Part shown: positions 47,454 to 56,988 of the stretch, piece after piece
Layout of the letters: every line of letters begins with the position of its first letter
Numbering within the stretch: the stretch's first letter is position 1
NCBI GenBank assembly: GCA_965203805.1
Contig: OZ241917.1
Coordinates: forward strand, 1,568,001 to 1,632,000
Length of the DNA stretch: 64,000 nucleotides
Direction: 5' to 3'
From: Candidatus Latescibacterota bacterium
GTDB taxonomy: Bacteria > Latescibacterota > UBA2968 > GCA-2709665
The notes under the pieces: model-generated
What the model was told of the DNA's origin: nothing
The model's database searches: none
Seen by the model: the letters and a program-made list of their open reading frames with translations, nothing else
Position numbers and translations under genes: made by a program

Positions 47454-49268
47454 TTACAGATCTTCATTCGGCATCTGTGGATGTTGTGCAGGAAAGAGCA
47501 CATCCATTAGGGCTGCCGCGTCACCACTAAGCAACATGCCCGACCGTTCGGCAATTTCATCGGGTGCTTCTTTTCCAATGATGATTTGTGCGAACTCATG
47601 ACCACTTTCAATGGTGTGATCTGCTTTGCCGCCAGGCTGCACAGAGACTTCACTGTTGTCGATGGATAGAATTGCAGACTGATCCGGGATGGAAATCCGA
47701 AATGTGCCCATGAAATCTCTGAGATTCGATTTCCGTAAACGTCGGGATAATTCAGGCGCGATCTTACTCAGCGTCGTCTCAAGGTTGATGATGCGAATCT
47801 GGTTCCCCGTACGACCATTGTGGTTTTTTACTTGATAAAGATGAGGCAACTGCCGCACACGCTGTGCAAGCGCGCTGTGCCAGGGAAGCCGGACAAATGC
47901 CGCCCGGGGTGCGTCGTATTGCCGAGCAAGCTGTCCGACAACCCGCAAAACCATTCCTGGATCACCGGCTGAATCCGTATGACGCAATTCGCGCCCATTG
48001 TGTTCTTCCTTTTTATTCGGGCCATCGTAGAGATAACCCACCGTACGGCCGGTTTTGTCTTTGAAAATGTACGCTGTCCAGGGATCGTCGTCTTCCGGCG
48101 GGCATTTGCCTTTCCGATACGTCGGGCGGACGGTCGTGCCGGTCAATCCGTCGTGCCATCGATTGTGAAGTTCGGCCAGGTCTGTGCGCCCGTGAATCAC
48201 GTTGACATGTACTTCCTCCAGCTCTATTTCCGGTGCTGCTTCGGGCAGGTGCTCGGTGTCGATATAATACGTCTCCTCATCGGGCCAGGCAAGCACGTAG
48301 CCGAAACTCGCAAAGTGATCAAGCGGTTCGGTACGCGTACACGACATATCGTAGCCATGGGCATACAAGGCGTCCAGCGCCGCCTGAAGTGTTTCCGTAT
48401 AGATCCGCTCATCCCGAAAATCGGGATGTACGGTCGGCAGATTGATGCCCCCGGTCCGGACCGTTGCGCTGCCGATGCGCATCGACAGATCGTAAATGCC
48501 TGCGTGTGCGACGACCTCACCATCCATCGTTCCGACCCGCGACGTCCGCCAGTCGTAGTGACTGTGTGCGATGCGTCCGGCGCGACACTGACGGCCGATG
48601 GCGTTCCAGCGCTTGTCCAGCAACTTATAGATACCTTCGCTATGATTCGTTTTATCAGGCGCCAGGACTTCTCGCACTCGGTCAATGAACCGATTGTCCC
48701 GCGAAGGCCGGTTCACATACATATCGTCCTTCACCATATCGAATAGCCTTTCCTTGAGCCGTTTCCGCGCCGACCGCAGCCGGTTCTTCACGACGTCGAC
48801 TGACACGTCCAGAAACATGGCCACTTCCCGCTGTGAATAATCCGAGATGTAGAACAAAGACACGGCCTGACGCTCGGTTTCGGGCAACGTGTTGATTGCT
48901 TTTCGCATAAAATCCCGCATCTCGTTCTCTTCTGTTGTCCGATCCGGATGCTTGTCTTCCGATGCGATCTCGACAAGCCGCTCCATCGATACGATCTCGA
49001 CCTTCTTTCCCCGACGCGTCATCCGATCGCAATATTTGAACACGATCTTGCGCAACAGGGCAGGAAAAGCGAAGACATCGTACACGCGCTCCAGAATCAC
49101 CCAGGCCTCTGTAAACGCCTCCTGCGCCGCGTCCTGCGCCAGGTGAAAATCCCTCAACAACGCGAATCCGTATCCCACGGCGAGATCCTGGAAGTGCGCC
49201 ACAATCTGCTCGTATGCCTTCAGATCTCCTTGCTTTGCGCGCTCGAATATCGGCTTCAGTGTCTCCAT
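47454..49268 (-). CDS. ECF sigma factor fused to Eis-like GNAT and SCP2-like domains
   Basis: AQDAAQEAF (sigma2), YSQREVA..VKNRLRSAR (sigma4), GGINLPTVHPDFR (GNAT). Confidence 0.88.
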   Translation of the reverse strand: METLKPIFERAKQGDLKAYEQIVAHFQDLAVGYGFALLRDFHLAQDAAQEAFTEAWVILERVYDVFAFPALLRKIVFKYCDRMTRRGKKVEIVSMERLVEIASEDKHPDRTTEENEMRDFMRKAINTLPETERQAVSLFYISDYSQREVAMFLDVSVDVVKNRLRSARKRLKERLFDMVKDDMYVNRPSRDNRFIDRVREVLAPDKTNHSEGIYKLLDKRWNAIGRQCRAGRIAHSHYDWRTSRVGTMDGEVVAHAGIYDLSMRIGSATVRTGGINLPTVHPDFRDERIYTETLQAALDALYAHGYDMSCTRTEPLDHFASFGYVLAWPDEETYYIDTEHLPEAAPEIELEEVHVNVIHGRTDLAELHNRWHDGLTGTTVRPTYRKGKCPPEDDDPWTAYIFKDKTGRTVGYLYDGPNKKEEHNGRELRHTDSAGDPGMVLRVVGQLARQYDAPRAAFVRLPWHSALAQRVRQLPHLYQVKNHNGRTGNQIRIINLETTLSKIAPELSRRLRKSNLRDFMGTFRISIPDQSAILSIDNSEVSVQPGGKADHTIESGHEFAQIIIGKEAPDEIAERSGMLLSGDAAALMDVLFPAQHPQMPNEDL

Positions 49269-49562
49269 CTCGCTCCTCTGATTATGAAGGCCTTCACCGA
49301 TAATATCCCAATTGAGGTGGATTTGGTGTACTCATTCTGAGTTTTTTATTTTCTTAGAGAAACAAGAACAACTCAAGATATTAATAAACAACGATTTATA
49401 AAATCCAAGACATGAATGCGAGAGCGCGAGACAGTCCTATACGAAGAAATTCGGCCTGCTTGTGAAAGTCTTGAGACGGGTAGTCGGAAAGGAATGAAAG
49501 GGGGGATTCTTGTAGGCTGGGTTATCGGGGATTATTGTCGGGGCCTGCTATGCATACTACAT

Positions 49563-50333
49563 TCATACGGCAAGCGAATCGTAATTCTCATTAAGCCACG
49601 TGTTTTCTTCTTCCAGTTGCGCAAGGTCCCCACGCTGGTAGAAGATCGACCAGGGGAGGAGTCCCTGCCTGCCCAGAGTCTCGGTCCTCCGGTACTCTTC
49701 CAGTTGCAGGTCGTTCAAGGTGTCCAGAATCGCGTTGGCGTCCGTGCCAAACGTGTCAGAAACGACTGCCAACCTGGACCTGAAATCAGGCTCTTCGGAA
49801 AATCCGGCCTCTCTCCAGTGGTCTTCACCTCGGAGAGGCACCGCGTACCAGGCAAACTGGCTGACATCGCAGAGAGGATCACCCGGTTCAGCGAAGTCCC
49901 AGTCGATTACTCCTTTAAGGGACCGCCCTTCCCAGACAGTATTCCAGGGTCCAAGATCCCCGTGTCGGATGGTCATCCCCGGTCGCCAGGTCACATTGGG
50001 AACAACCCATTCAGCATCCTCTGGCGGCTCGAAATCCCTCACTGCATCGTGATATCCGGACAGGAATCGTGCGACCTCAGCCAGGCCCTCTTCCTCAAGC
50101 ATCACGTCCGGCCATGGTCGCCGGGCAACCTCTCCAGGTACAAACGAAAGTACCTCGCGCCCGAGTTCGTCGAATCCGAGGACACGAGGTACTCCTGTAA
50201 AGCCAACCGACTCCAGGTAGCGCAGCAAGGAATGGACGGCCGGAGTCCACCGATGGACAGGTCGGCGCACGGTGTCCCCAATCCGAACAACGGGATTGAC
50301 ACAACCCTGGTCGGATTCGCCCTCTTGCATCAT
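49563..50333 (-). CDS. APH-family phosphotransferase (paralog of 41437-42207)
   Basis: Same length, and colinear with the 41437 copy. Confidence 0.88.
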   Translation of the reverse strand: MMQEGESDQGCVNPVVRIGDTVRRPVHRWTPAVHSLLRYLESVGFTGVPRVLGFDELGREVLSFVPGEVARRPWPDVMLEEEGLAEVARFLSGYHDAVRDFEPPEDAEWVVPNVTWRPGMTIRHGDLGPWNTVWEGRSLKGVIDWDFAEPGDPLCDVSQFAWYAVPLRGEDHWREAGFSEEPDFRSRLAVVSDTFGTDANAILDTLNDLQLEEYRRTETLGRQGLLPWSIFYQRGDLAQLEEENTWLNENYDSLAV

Positions 50334-50372
50334 CGTCAGATCCTCCCGAGCCTGATAAGTGATTACCGCCCT

Positions 50373-51500
50373 TCAGACCGGTGTTCCGCGCCAGAAATCG
50401 TTGTACGCCGCCAGCGGCCCGTCCCCGTGCGGCCCGGTAGCCAGATCCAGCCCCCCGAAGAGATATACGGAATCGCCCCCCACTGCCATAACGGGGATTC
50501 GCCTGACACCGGGACGTTCGGCGCCGGCAGAGTAATCCTTCGCACCGTTGTGTGGATACAGACAGTCCCACCGGCCGGCACGAAGATCGTACTGCCACAG
50601 ATCGTTCAGCTGGGGGTGCTCCCCTTCCCCTCCTGCATATCCTCCGAACAGATACAGGTGATCTCCGATCACAGCGTATCCCAGCCCGTACCGGGGGGAA
50701 GGCCGCGCAACATCATCCGCCCGGTTCTCCTGAATGCAGGTCCAGGCGCCTCTGTCGGGATCGTATTCCCACAGATCGTTGAAGAACTCCGGCGCTCGCC
50801 CCTGACTATCCCGACCGCCCCACAGGTAGAGCCTGCCGTTCCAGCCGACAAGCACGGGACAGTATCGTTTCGGCGGCCAACCGTCGAGACCGTTCGATGC
50901 AGGCCCCAGGTACTCCCATTTCCCGGCCGGCGGTTTGCAGGTCCACAGCTGGGCGTGCGTCATCGCGCCATGTCCCCCCATCAGATACAGGGAATCACTC
51001 AGAGCGACCGCCCCCATGCCGCCCGACCCGGCGGGACGATGCCCATCCGCCGTTATCCCTGATGCGCGCCCGTCGTCGGGCTCTATCAGCTCCCACGAGG
51101 CTCTTTTCGGATCGTAGGCCCAGAGATCGTTCAGCTTGATCGCCCCCTTGCCGGGGCCCCGCACTGAGGACCCGCCGAAGAGATAAAGCCTGCCGTTCAC
51201 GGGCAGCCAGGTCGTGAGCTTCCGGGTGCACGGTCTGGTATCGGACGGTCTGAACCCGATCCGCCCATCGTGGTCTTCCAACCGCGTCCACCGGCCTCGA
51301 CCCGGGTCGTAGCGCCACAGGTCGTTCATCGAGCCCTGGACGGAGAGATCTCCAGGTCCTTTCGGCCGGCCGTACATCACTTTTATCCCCCCGAACAGGT
51401 AGACGCATCCATCGTAGCTCGACATGCCGCCGAACACCGCCCGCCTGCAGGGTACATCCTCCACCTGCTCCTGGTCGGGATGCAGCAGTTCCCACTTCAT
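50373..51500 (-). CDS. Kelch-repeat beta-propeller protein (copy 1)
   Basis: Repeated YLFGG...NDLWxYD units. Confidence 0.9.
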   Translation of the reverse strand: MKWELLHPDQEQVEDVPCRRAVFGGMSSYDGCVYLFGGIKVMYGRPKGPGDLSVQGSMNDLWRYDPGRGRWTRLEDHDGRIGFRPSDTRPCTRKLTTWLPVNGRLYLFGGSSVRGPGKGAIKLNDLWAYDPKRASWELIEPDDGRASGITADGHRPAGSGGMGAVALSDSLYLMGGHGAMTHAQLWTCKPPAGKWEYLGPASNGLDGWPPKRYCPVLVGWNGRLYLWGGRDSQGRAPEFFNDLWEYDPDRGAWTCIQENRADDVARPSPRYGLGYAVIGDHLYLFGGYAGGEGEHPQLNDLWQYDLRAGRWDCLYPHNGAKDYSAGAERPGVRRIPVMAVGGDSVYLFGGLDLATGPHGDGPLAAYNDFWRGTPV

Positions 51501-51624
51501 CGCGGACCTCCGAACGGCCTGACTTGCGATCCTGCGGAGAAAGTTCGGCAACTTCCATTCGTAGCCGATCCCCGAGTCGGCGAAGCGACGAATCCCGCAG
51601 ATAAGTCCCGCAACGGGCGCATGC

Positions 51625-53001
51625 CTACCTGCTGAACGCGTCGGGCCTGCTGGATTCCGAGGGCCAGTACCCGTCGCGGCTCGGGTGCCAGCGCTTGCCG
51701 CACAGGTCGGAGATCACGCTCCATTCGGGGGCGCTCAGATCAGGGTCCGGCTGGAACAGGAAGCGCTGCAGGCCGGCCCGCTCGGAGGCGGTCAGGATGC
51801 CGTGCAGGTCGCGGGCGGTCATGGGCTCGCCCCCGTGCGGACGGCGCCCCGTCGACACCCAGGCGATCACCTTGTTCACATCCCCGATGGCCTCCAGCGC
51901 TCGGCGCGTCTCGTTGTACACCAGCTCCGAGAAGAACTCCTCGGGGAACCCCAGTTCCATGTCCGCCAGGGTCTGCACCCCGGGAAGCTCCAGCCCCAGG
52001 AAGGCCTTGACCACGGCGAAGCCGTCTGCCTCCAACAGGGTCGGGTTCCAGTCCAGGACCTGCTGCACCCAGCGGGCCATGGTGCCGTAGAGGCCGTCAT
52101 TCCCGCGGTGCCAGAAGTAGTGCTTGGGGAAGACGTAGTCGAAGTACTCCGCCATCTCGCCAAATTCGTGCCCGGTCAGTGACGAGAAAGCGGCGGTGCG
52201 CGGAATGCCCCCCAGCTCCACCTTCCCTCCCACTCTCTGCACCTGCGCGTGCACGGCGCGCATGAACCCCCGCGCCGCTTCGCGGCGGGCGCGCAGCCAG
52301 TACAGGGCATCCTCGTTCAGGTCGAACAGGTTCAGTGCCCCCAGCATGCCGCCGGACGCGTGGTAGCGCACCAGATCCGGAGTCAGGTTGTGGAAACGCT
52401 CGTTCAGGTGCGCCATGCCGCGGGCGACGCGCTCCACATCGGCGCCGATGGCTTCCAGGCGGTGCCGCATGCGACCGTCCAGTTCCAGTAGGGCCTGACC
52501 CCGATGGAAGGCAAGTTCGTAGAAGGTCTCACCGGGCTGGTCCAGGATGACGCCGTGGGCCTGGGGATAGGCACTGGCCAGGTCGTGCACCCCGGCGGCC
52601 ACCTCGATGGCCCCGAAAGGGTCCTCCTCCTCGGCTAGGCCGCTGGTGGTACCCTGGCCCCGCTGGTAGAGCAGCCGGAGCCCGTCTCTGGAGTCGAAGA
52701 TCATGATGTGCCAGCCCCGGGAGGCGGCGTTGTCGAGGAGTGCGTGGAGCTGCTTCTCCCTCTCGGGGGTGCGGGCCGTTTCCGGGGGCGGCTTGATGCC
52801 GAACGCGGCGTACACCTTTGGGTCCGCCGCAAACGAGGGGGTGAGGGTGTCCCCCCACAACGGCATGCCGGCCTCGTTCCTGAGCCACATCCGTCCCACC
52901 ACGATGCCGCCCACCCCTCCCGCCTCCCACGCGTCGAAGATGCGCGGGTAGTCGTCCAGCCAGCGCTCCAGGGGATTGTGCACGAAGATCCAGGGTACCA
53001 T
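51625..53001 (-). CDS. Hypothetical protein (paralog of 61764-63077)
   Basis: 458-aa high-GC ORF; shared FPKHYxWHRG and WVSTGRRPHGG motifs. Confidence 0.8.
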   Translation of the reverse strand: MVPWIFVHNPLERWLDDYPRIFDAWEAGGVGGIVVGRMWLRNEAGMPLWGDTLTPSFAADPKVYAAFGIKPPPETARTPEREKQLHALLDNAASRGWHIMIFDSRDGLRLLYQRGQGTTSGLAEEEDPFGAIEVAAGVHDLASAYPQAHGVILDQPGETFYELAFHRGQALLELDGRMRHRLEAIGADVERVARGMAHLNERFHNLTPDLVRYHASGGMLGALNLFDLNEDALYWLRARREAARGFMRAVHAQVQRVGGKVELGGIPRTAAFSSLTGHEFGEMAEYFDYVFPKHYFWHRGNDGLYGTMARWVQQVLDWNPTLLEADGFAVVKAFLGLELPGVQTLADMELGFPEEFFSELVYNETRRALEAIGDVNKVIAWVSTGRRPHGGEPMTARDLHGILTASERAGLQRFLFQPDPDLSAPEWSVISDLCGKRWHPSRDGYWPSESSRPDAFSR

Positions 53002-53126
53002 CGCGTCACCTCTCTCTGGGGTTACCCCAGTTTAGTGGACCGTTCCTTAACTGCACATTCAATGAGCATCCACAGCCACTTCGGTCTTCGCATGCAACTA
53101 CGGAATCTTCTTTAAGAAATGCCCTG

Positions 53127-54254
53127 TCAGGCCGGTGTACCGCGCCAGAAATCGTTGTACGCCGCCAGCGGCCCGTCCCCGTGCGGCCCGGTAGCCAGGT
53201 CCAGCCCACCGAAGAGATATACGGAATCGCCCCCCACTGTCATAACGGGGATTCGCTTGACACCGGGACGTTCGGCGCCGGCAGAGTAATCCTTCGCACC
53301 GTTGTGTGGATACAGACAGTCCCACCGGCCGGCACGAAGATCGTACTGCCACAGATCGTTCAGCTGGGGGTGCTCCCCTTCCCCTCCTGCATATCCTCCG
53401 AACAGATACAGGCAATCTCCGATCACAGCGTATCCCAGCCCGTACCGGGGGGAAGGCCGCGCAACATCATCCGCCCGGTTCTCCTGAATGCAGGTCCAGG
53501 CGCCTCCTTCGGGATCGTATTCCCACAGATCGTTGAAGAACTCCGGCGCTCGCCCCTGACTGTCCCGACCGCCCCACAGGTAGAGCCTGCCGTTCCAGGC
53601 GACAAGCACGGGACAGTATCGTTTCGGCGGCCAACCGTCGCGCCCGTTCGACGCAGGCCCCAGGTACTCCCATTTCCCGGCCGGCGCCTTGTAGGTCCAC
53701 AACTGGGCGTGCGTCATCGCGCCATGTCCCCCCATCAGATACAGGGAATCGCCCAGAGCGACCGCCCCCATCCCGCCGTACCCGGCGGGGCGATGCCCAT
53801 CCGCCACAATTCCTGATGCGCGCCCGTCGTCGGGCTCCAACAGCTCCCACGAGGCTGTCTTCGGATCGTAGGCCCAGAGATCGTTCAGCTTGATCTCCCC
53901 CTTGCCGGGGCCCCGCACCGAGGACCCGCCGAAAAGATAAAGCCTGCCGTTCGCGGGCAGCCAGGTCGTGAGCTTCCGGGTGCACGGTCTGGTATCGGAC
54001 GGTCTGAACCCGATCCGCCCGTTGTGGTCTTCCAACCGCGTCCACCGGCCTCGACCCGGGTCGTAGCGCCAAAGGTCGTTCAAAGAACCCTGGACGGAAA
54101 GATCTCCAGGTCCTTTCGGCCGGCCGTACATCACTTTTATCCCGCCGAACAGGTAGACGCATCCATCGTAGCTCAACATCCCGCCGAAGGCCGCCCGCCT
54201 GCAGGGTACATCCTCGGTTTGCTCCCGGTCCGGATGCAACAGTTCCCAATTCAT
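53127..54254 (-). CDS. Kelch-repeat beta-propeller protein (copy 2)
   Basis: Near-identical to 50373-51500. Confidence 0.9.
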   Translation of the reverse strand: MNWELLHPDREQTEDVPCRRAAFGGMLSYDGCVYLFGGIKVMYGRPKGPGDLSVQGSLNDLWRYDPGRGRWTRLEDHNGRIGFRPSDTRPCTRKLTTWLPANGRLYLFGGSSVRGPGKGEIKLNDLWAYDPKTASWELLEPDDGRASGIVADGHRPAGYGGMGAVALGDSLYLMGGHGAMTHAQLWTYKAPAGKWEYLGPASNGRDGWPPKRYCPVLVAWNGRLYLWGGRDSQGRAPEFFNDLWEYDPEGGAWTCIQENRADDVARPSPRYGLGYAVIGDCLYLFGGYAGGEGEHPQLNDLWQYDLRAGRWDCLYPHNGAKDYSAGAERPGVKRIPVMTVGGDSVYLFGGLDLATGPHGDGPLAAYNDFWRGTPA

Positions 54255-54375
54255 AGCGGACCTCCGTGCGGCATGACGTGCGATCCTGCGGAGAAAGTTC
54301 GGCGAATTCCATTGGTTGCAAGAAAATTCCGATACAGTTTATTCGCCGAGGATGATTGCTGCCCCCCAAACGGCT

Positions 54376-55833
54376 TCAGGACGCATAAAGAGCAAACAGC
54401 CTGGCGCGGTCCAGGTACACTTTGACCTTCATCCCTCCGCTTGCCTGTGAGACCATCTTCTCTTCGAGCCCACCCTCTCTATCCCCGACCGCGCCTGTCG
54501 GATCGCTTTTCCATTGTACCCGGTACTCTGTTTCGTTCGCCGAGAAGGGTATGCAGTCTTCTTTGCCAAAACCCGGCACGACCCGGTCAAACGGATCGAC
54601 GATCTCCACTCGCAGCGACCCGCCGGTCGCATCGGCGTTGATCCACAATGCATTGGGTTCGATACTCAGCGGGACCGTGGTCACGACCCCGTGCGCCTCC
54701 GTCTTCAGACAGACCAGCCGGTCCTTTTCGATCTTTGCCAGATTGATTCCCCGCCGGGATTCCTCGCCGTAGCGCGTCCCCTCGCCGTGCAGTTCGTTCG
54801 AGCAGCTGTGATAGATCCAAATCTCGTCGTCACGGACAAAGGGGGCATGAGACGGATAGACACTTCCACTGTCGTGGCTGCCGCGGGAGCCGCATACCAG
54901 AATCGGTTCGCGGTTGCCCGCCCGATGCCAGGTCCGGCCGTTCTTCGAGTAGGTCAGCTGAATGTCCATCCGGTTCATCCATTCGGGCATCCAATCTTCG
55001 ATCCGGTTCCGGGCGATCCACCCCTCGTGGAGCGTGTGAAACACGGACAGGAAGCCGATACGAAAGTCGCGATACGCCAGCGAACTCATGCCGTAAAACT
55101 CCTGGTCCTGCGGCGGGTCGTGCTCGTCGGGTGCGACGATGATCTTTCGCGGGGTCCAGTTTTCGAAATCATCGCTTTCGGCCATGCAAATGATGCGCAC
55201 GTTAGGCCGGCCCCGCAGATAAACGACGTAGCGGTGAATCTTCGCATCCCAATAAGCGACCAGGTGGGTATCCGAACCCTGTGGAATGACCGGGTTGAGC
55301 CAGCGCTGGGGCACGTCCCAATGAATCCCGTCGGCAGAATACGCCACACATACCGGCTGAACAATACCGGCGAATATCATGTCTCCGCTCTGGAACATGA
55401 AGAGCATCTTGTAGCGCCTGGCCGGGTCTGTTTCGATAGGGTCTTTCATGACCCCTGTCCCGGCCCCCCACCGCAGAAAGGGAAAGACCAGGTTATTCTC
55501 TTTGCTGCCGCCATCCTCAACGAGGTTGAGAACGGGTTTTTCCCAGTGGATGCCGTCCCTGGACACGGCGTAGGCCAGTCCGTCCGCCGCTTCGCCGCGC
55601 GCTTCGCTCAATCTTCGGCTCACGCCGTACCACATCTTGAAGGTATCTTCGTCGTCATCGTACAGGACGTTGACGTAGCCCCCGATCAGCCACTCCTCTT
55701 CCCAGGCCCGATCCTTCTCAATCAACGGTTGTTGCGAAACTTTCTTTGGGGGTACGACCCCTCGCACGACGCTGTCGAGACTTTCGACAAACGTATTGTC
55801 AATGAATAGGTAGGCCGCTTTCTCGTCCGTCAT
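54376..55833 (-). CDS. Glycoside hydrolase-like five-bladed beta-propeller protein
   Basis: Asp-box-like SRDGIHW, SADGIHW, SDDFENW, SKNGRTW; INADA. Confidence 0.75.
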   Translation of the reverse strand: MTDEKAAYLFIDNTFVESLDSVVRGVVPPKKVSQQPLIEKDRAWEEEWLIGGYVNVLYDDDEDTFKMWYGVSRRLSEARGEAADGLAYAVSRDGIHWEKPVLNLVEDGGSKENNLVFPFLRWGAGTGVMKDPIETDPARRYKMLFMFQSGDMIFAGIVQPVCVAYSADGIHWDVPQRWLNPVIPQGSDTHLVAYWDAKIHRYVVYLRGRPNVRIICMAESDDFENWTPRKIIVAPDEHDPPQDQEFYGMSSLAYRDFRIGFLSVFHTLHEGWIARNRIEDWMPEWMNRMDIQLTYSKNGRTWHRAGNREPILVCGSRGSHDSGSVYPSHAPFVRDDEIWIYHSCSNELHGEGTRYGEESRRGINLAKIEKDRLVCLKTEAHGVVTTVPLSIEPNALWINADATGGSLRVEIVDPFDRVVPGFGKEDCIPFSANETEYRVQWKSDPTGAVGDREGGLEEKMVSQASGGMKVKVYLDRARLFALYAS

Positions 55834-56011
55834 TGGTCTCTCCGTGTATTGAATGACTCCCTGATCTGCGCGAACGAGCAAAGCTTACAATGAGACCGAG
55901 AGGTGAATCCATACGCCGTGAAGCGACCGGGATGGAGTGACTCTTGTCTCTTGTGCGCAATTTTCCGGGTGGGGGCGTTGGGTTGAGGCCGATTCCTCGC
56001 GCTTGCACAAC

Positions 56012-56887
56012 CTATATCTCAACAGTCGAAAGCTCGTCAGGACGCACAATACAACCGCTATATCCATTCCCTTGGTAGCCCCGGCGGAGCCTGCCGACGA
56101 TGTCCTCGCTGCGCGGCGAACCGCAGTGGATGACCACGATCCTAGATATTCCAGCTTCATTAGCGATGTCAACCACCTCTGAGATGTCCGCGCTGACGCC
56201 CCGGATCGGATGCGACGCATCTTCGTCATTCTCTTTGAAATTGCGCATAGAGAGCCCCGTAACGAATGTATCAACCCCCCTGGCCAATGGCCTCAGTTCG
56301 GGACAGTCCGCTGCATCGCACAGGAAGAGCACGCTGCCGCTATCCGTATCGATCCGGTACGCCAGCTCGGTCAGGTAAGGCTCGACATGAGGAACCTGTA
56401 CAGCCGTCGCCTTCCAACCTTTCCCCTCGACAACCGCTCCTGAACTGATGTCGGATACATCGACCTTCATGCCCGGCCGGGGAAGCGTTCCGCCCCTCCC
56501 CACGTGCCCGTGGTGGCTGATGTGGTGTTCTCGACGCGCAACGATGTCGGGAAGGAAGGCGCCGTCCTTGCCAAAAAGGCGATCGACGAATTCAACAGTC
56601 GGAGGCGGACCAAAGACTCTGAGGGGAGGAAGATCGCCGGGGTCGAGATCGAACCGTAACAAGGCAAAGCACGGGAAATCAACGATATGATCCGAATGAT
56701 GGTGAGTCAGGAAAATCGAATTCACCTGTGTAGGGCTCACTCCCATGCGTGCCATCTTGTAGGTTGTGGCGGGACCGCAATCAACCATGATACGATCGTC
56801 ACCGATCTCGAGAATGCAGGAACACCCGTAGCGTTCACCCATACGGCTGGGACGCGGACCACCGTTTCCGAGAATGTGTAGCTTCAT
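56012..56887 (-). CDS. MBL-fold metallo-hydrolase (RNase Z/AtsA-like)
   Basis: VDCG, THHHSDH. Confidence 0.88.
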   Translation of the reverse strand: MKLHILGNGGPRPSRMGERYGCSCILEIGDDRIMVDCGPATTYKMARMGVSPTQVNSIFLTHHHSDHIVDFPCFALLRFDLDPGDLPPLRVFGPPPTVEFVDRLFGKDGAFLPDIVARREHHISHHGHVGRGGTLPRPGMKVDVSDISSGAVVEGKGWKATAVQVPHVEPYLTELAYRIDTDSGSVLFLCDAADCPELRPLARGVDTFVTGLSMRNFKENDEDASHPIRGVSADISEVVDIANEAGISRIVVIHCGSPRSEDIVGRLRRGYQGNGYSGCIVRPDELSTVEI

Positions 56888-56988
56888 TTGACCGTCACCG
56901 GGTAGCCTTTCACTTATTGTGCACTCATATTGGTCTTCTGGCCGCCAACTCTTGCTTATGACGATCAAGTCTCCCCGTTTCCCGCCTC

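Noticed and set aside
49416-51062. 548-aa plus-strand ORF (also 11259-12632, 54514-55809, 45244-46326, 60578-61657 and others)
   Set aside because: Antisense shadows of well-supported minus-strand genes in GC-rich DNA; no recognisable motifs
50373-54254. Diversity-generating retroelement TR/VR pair in the Kelch duplicates
   Set aside because: Both copies are full genes, differences do not appear adenine-restricted, and no reverse transcriptase is present
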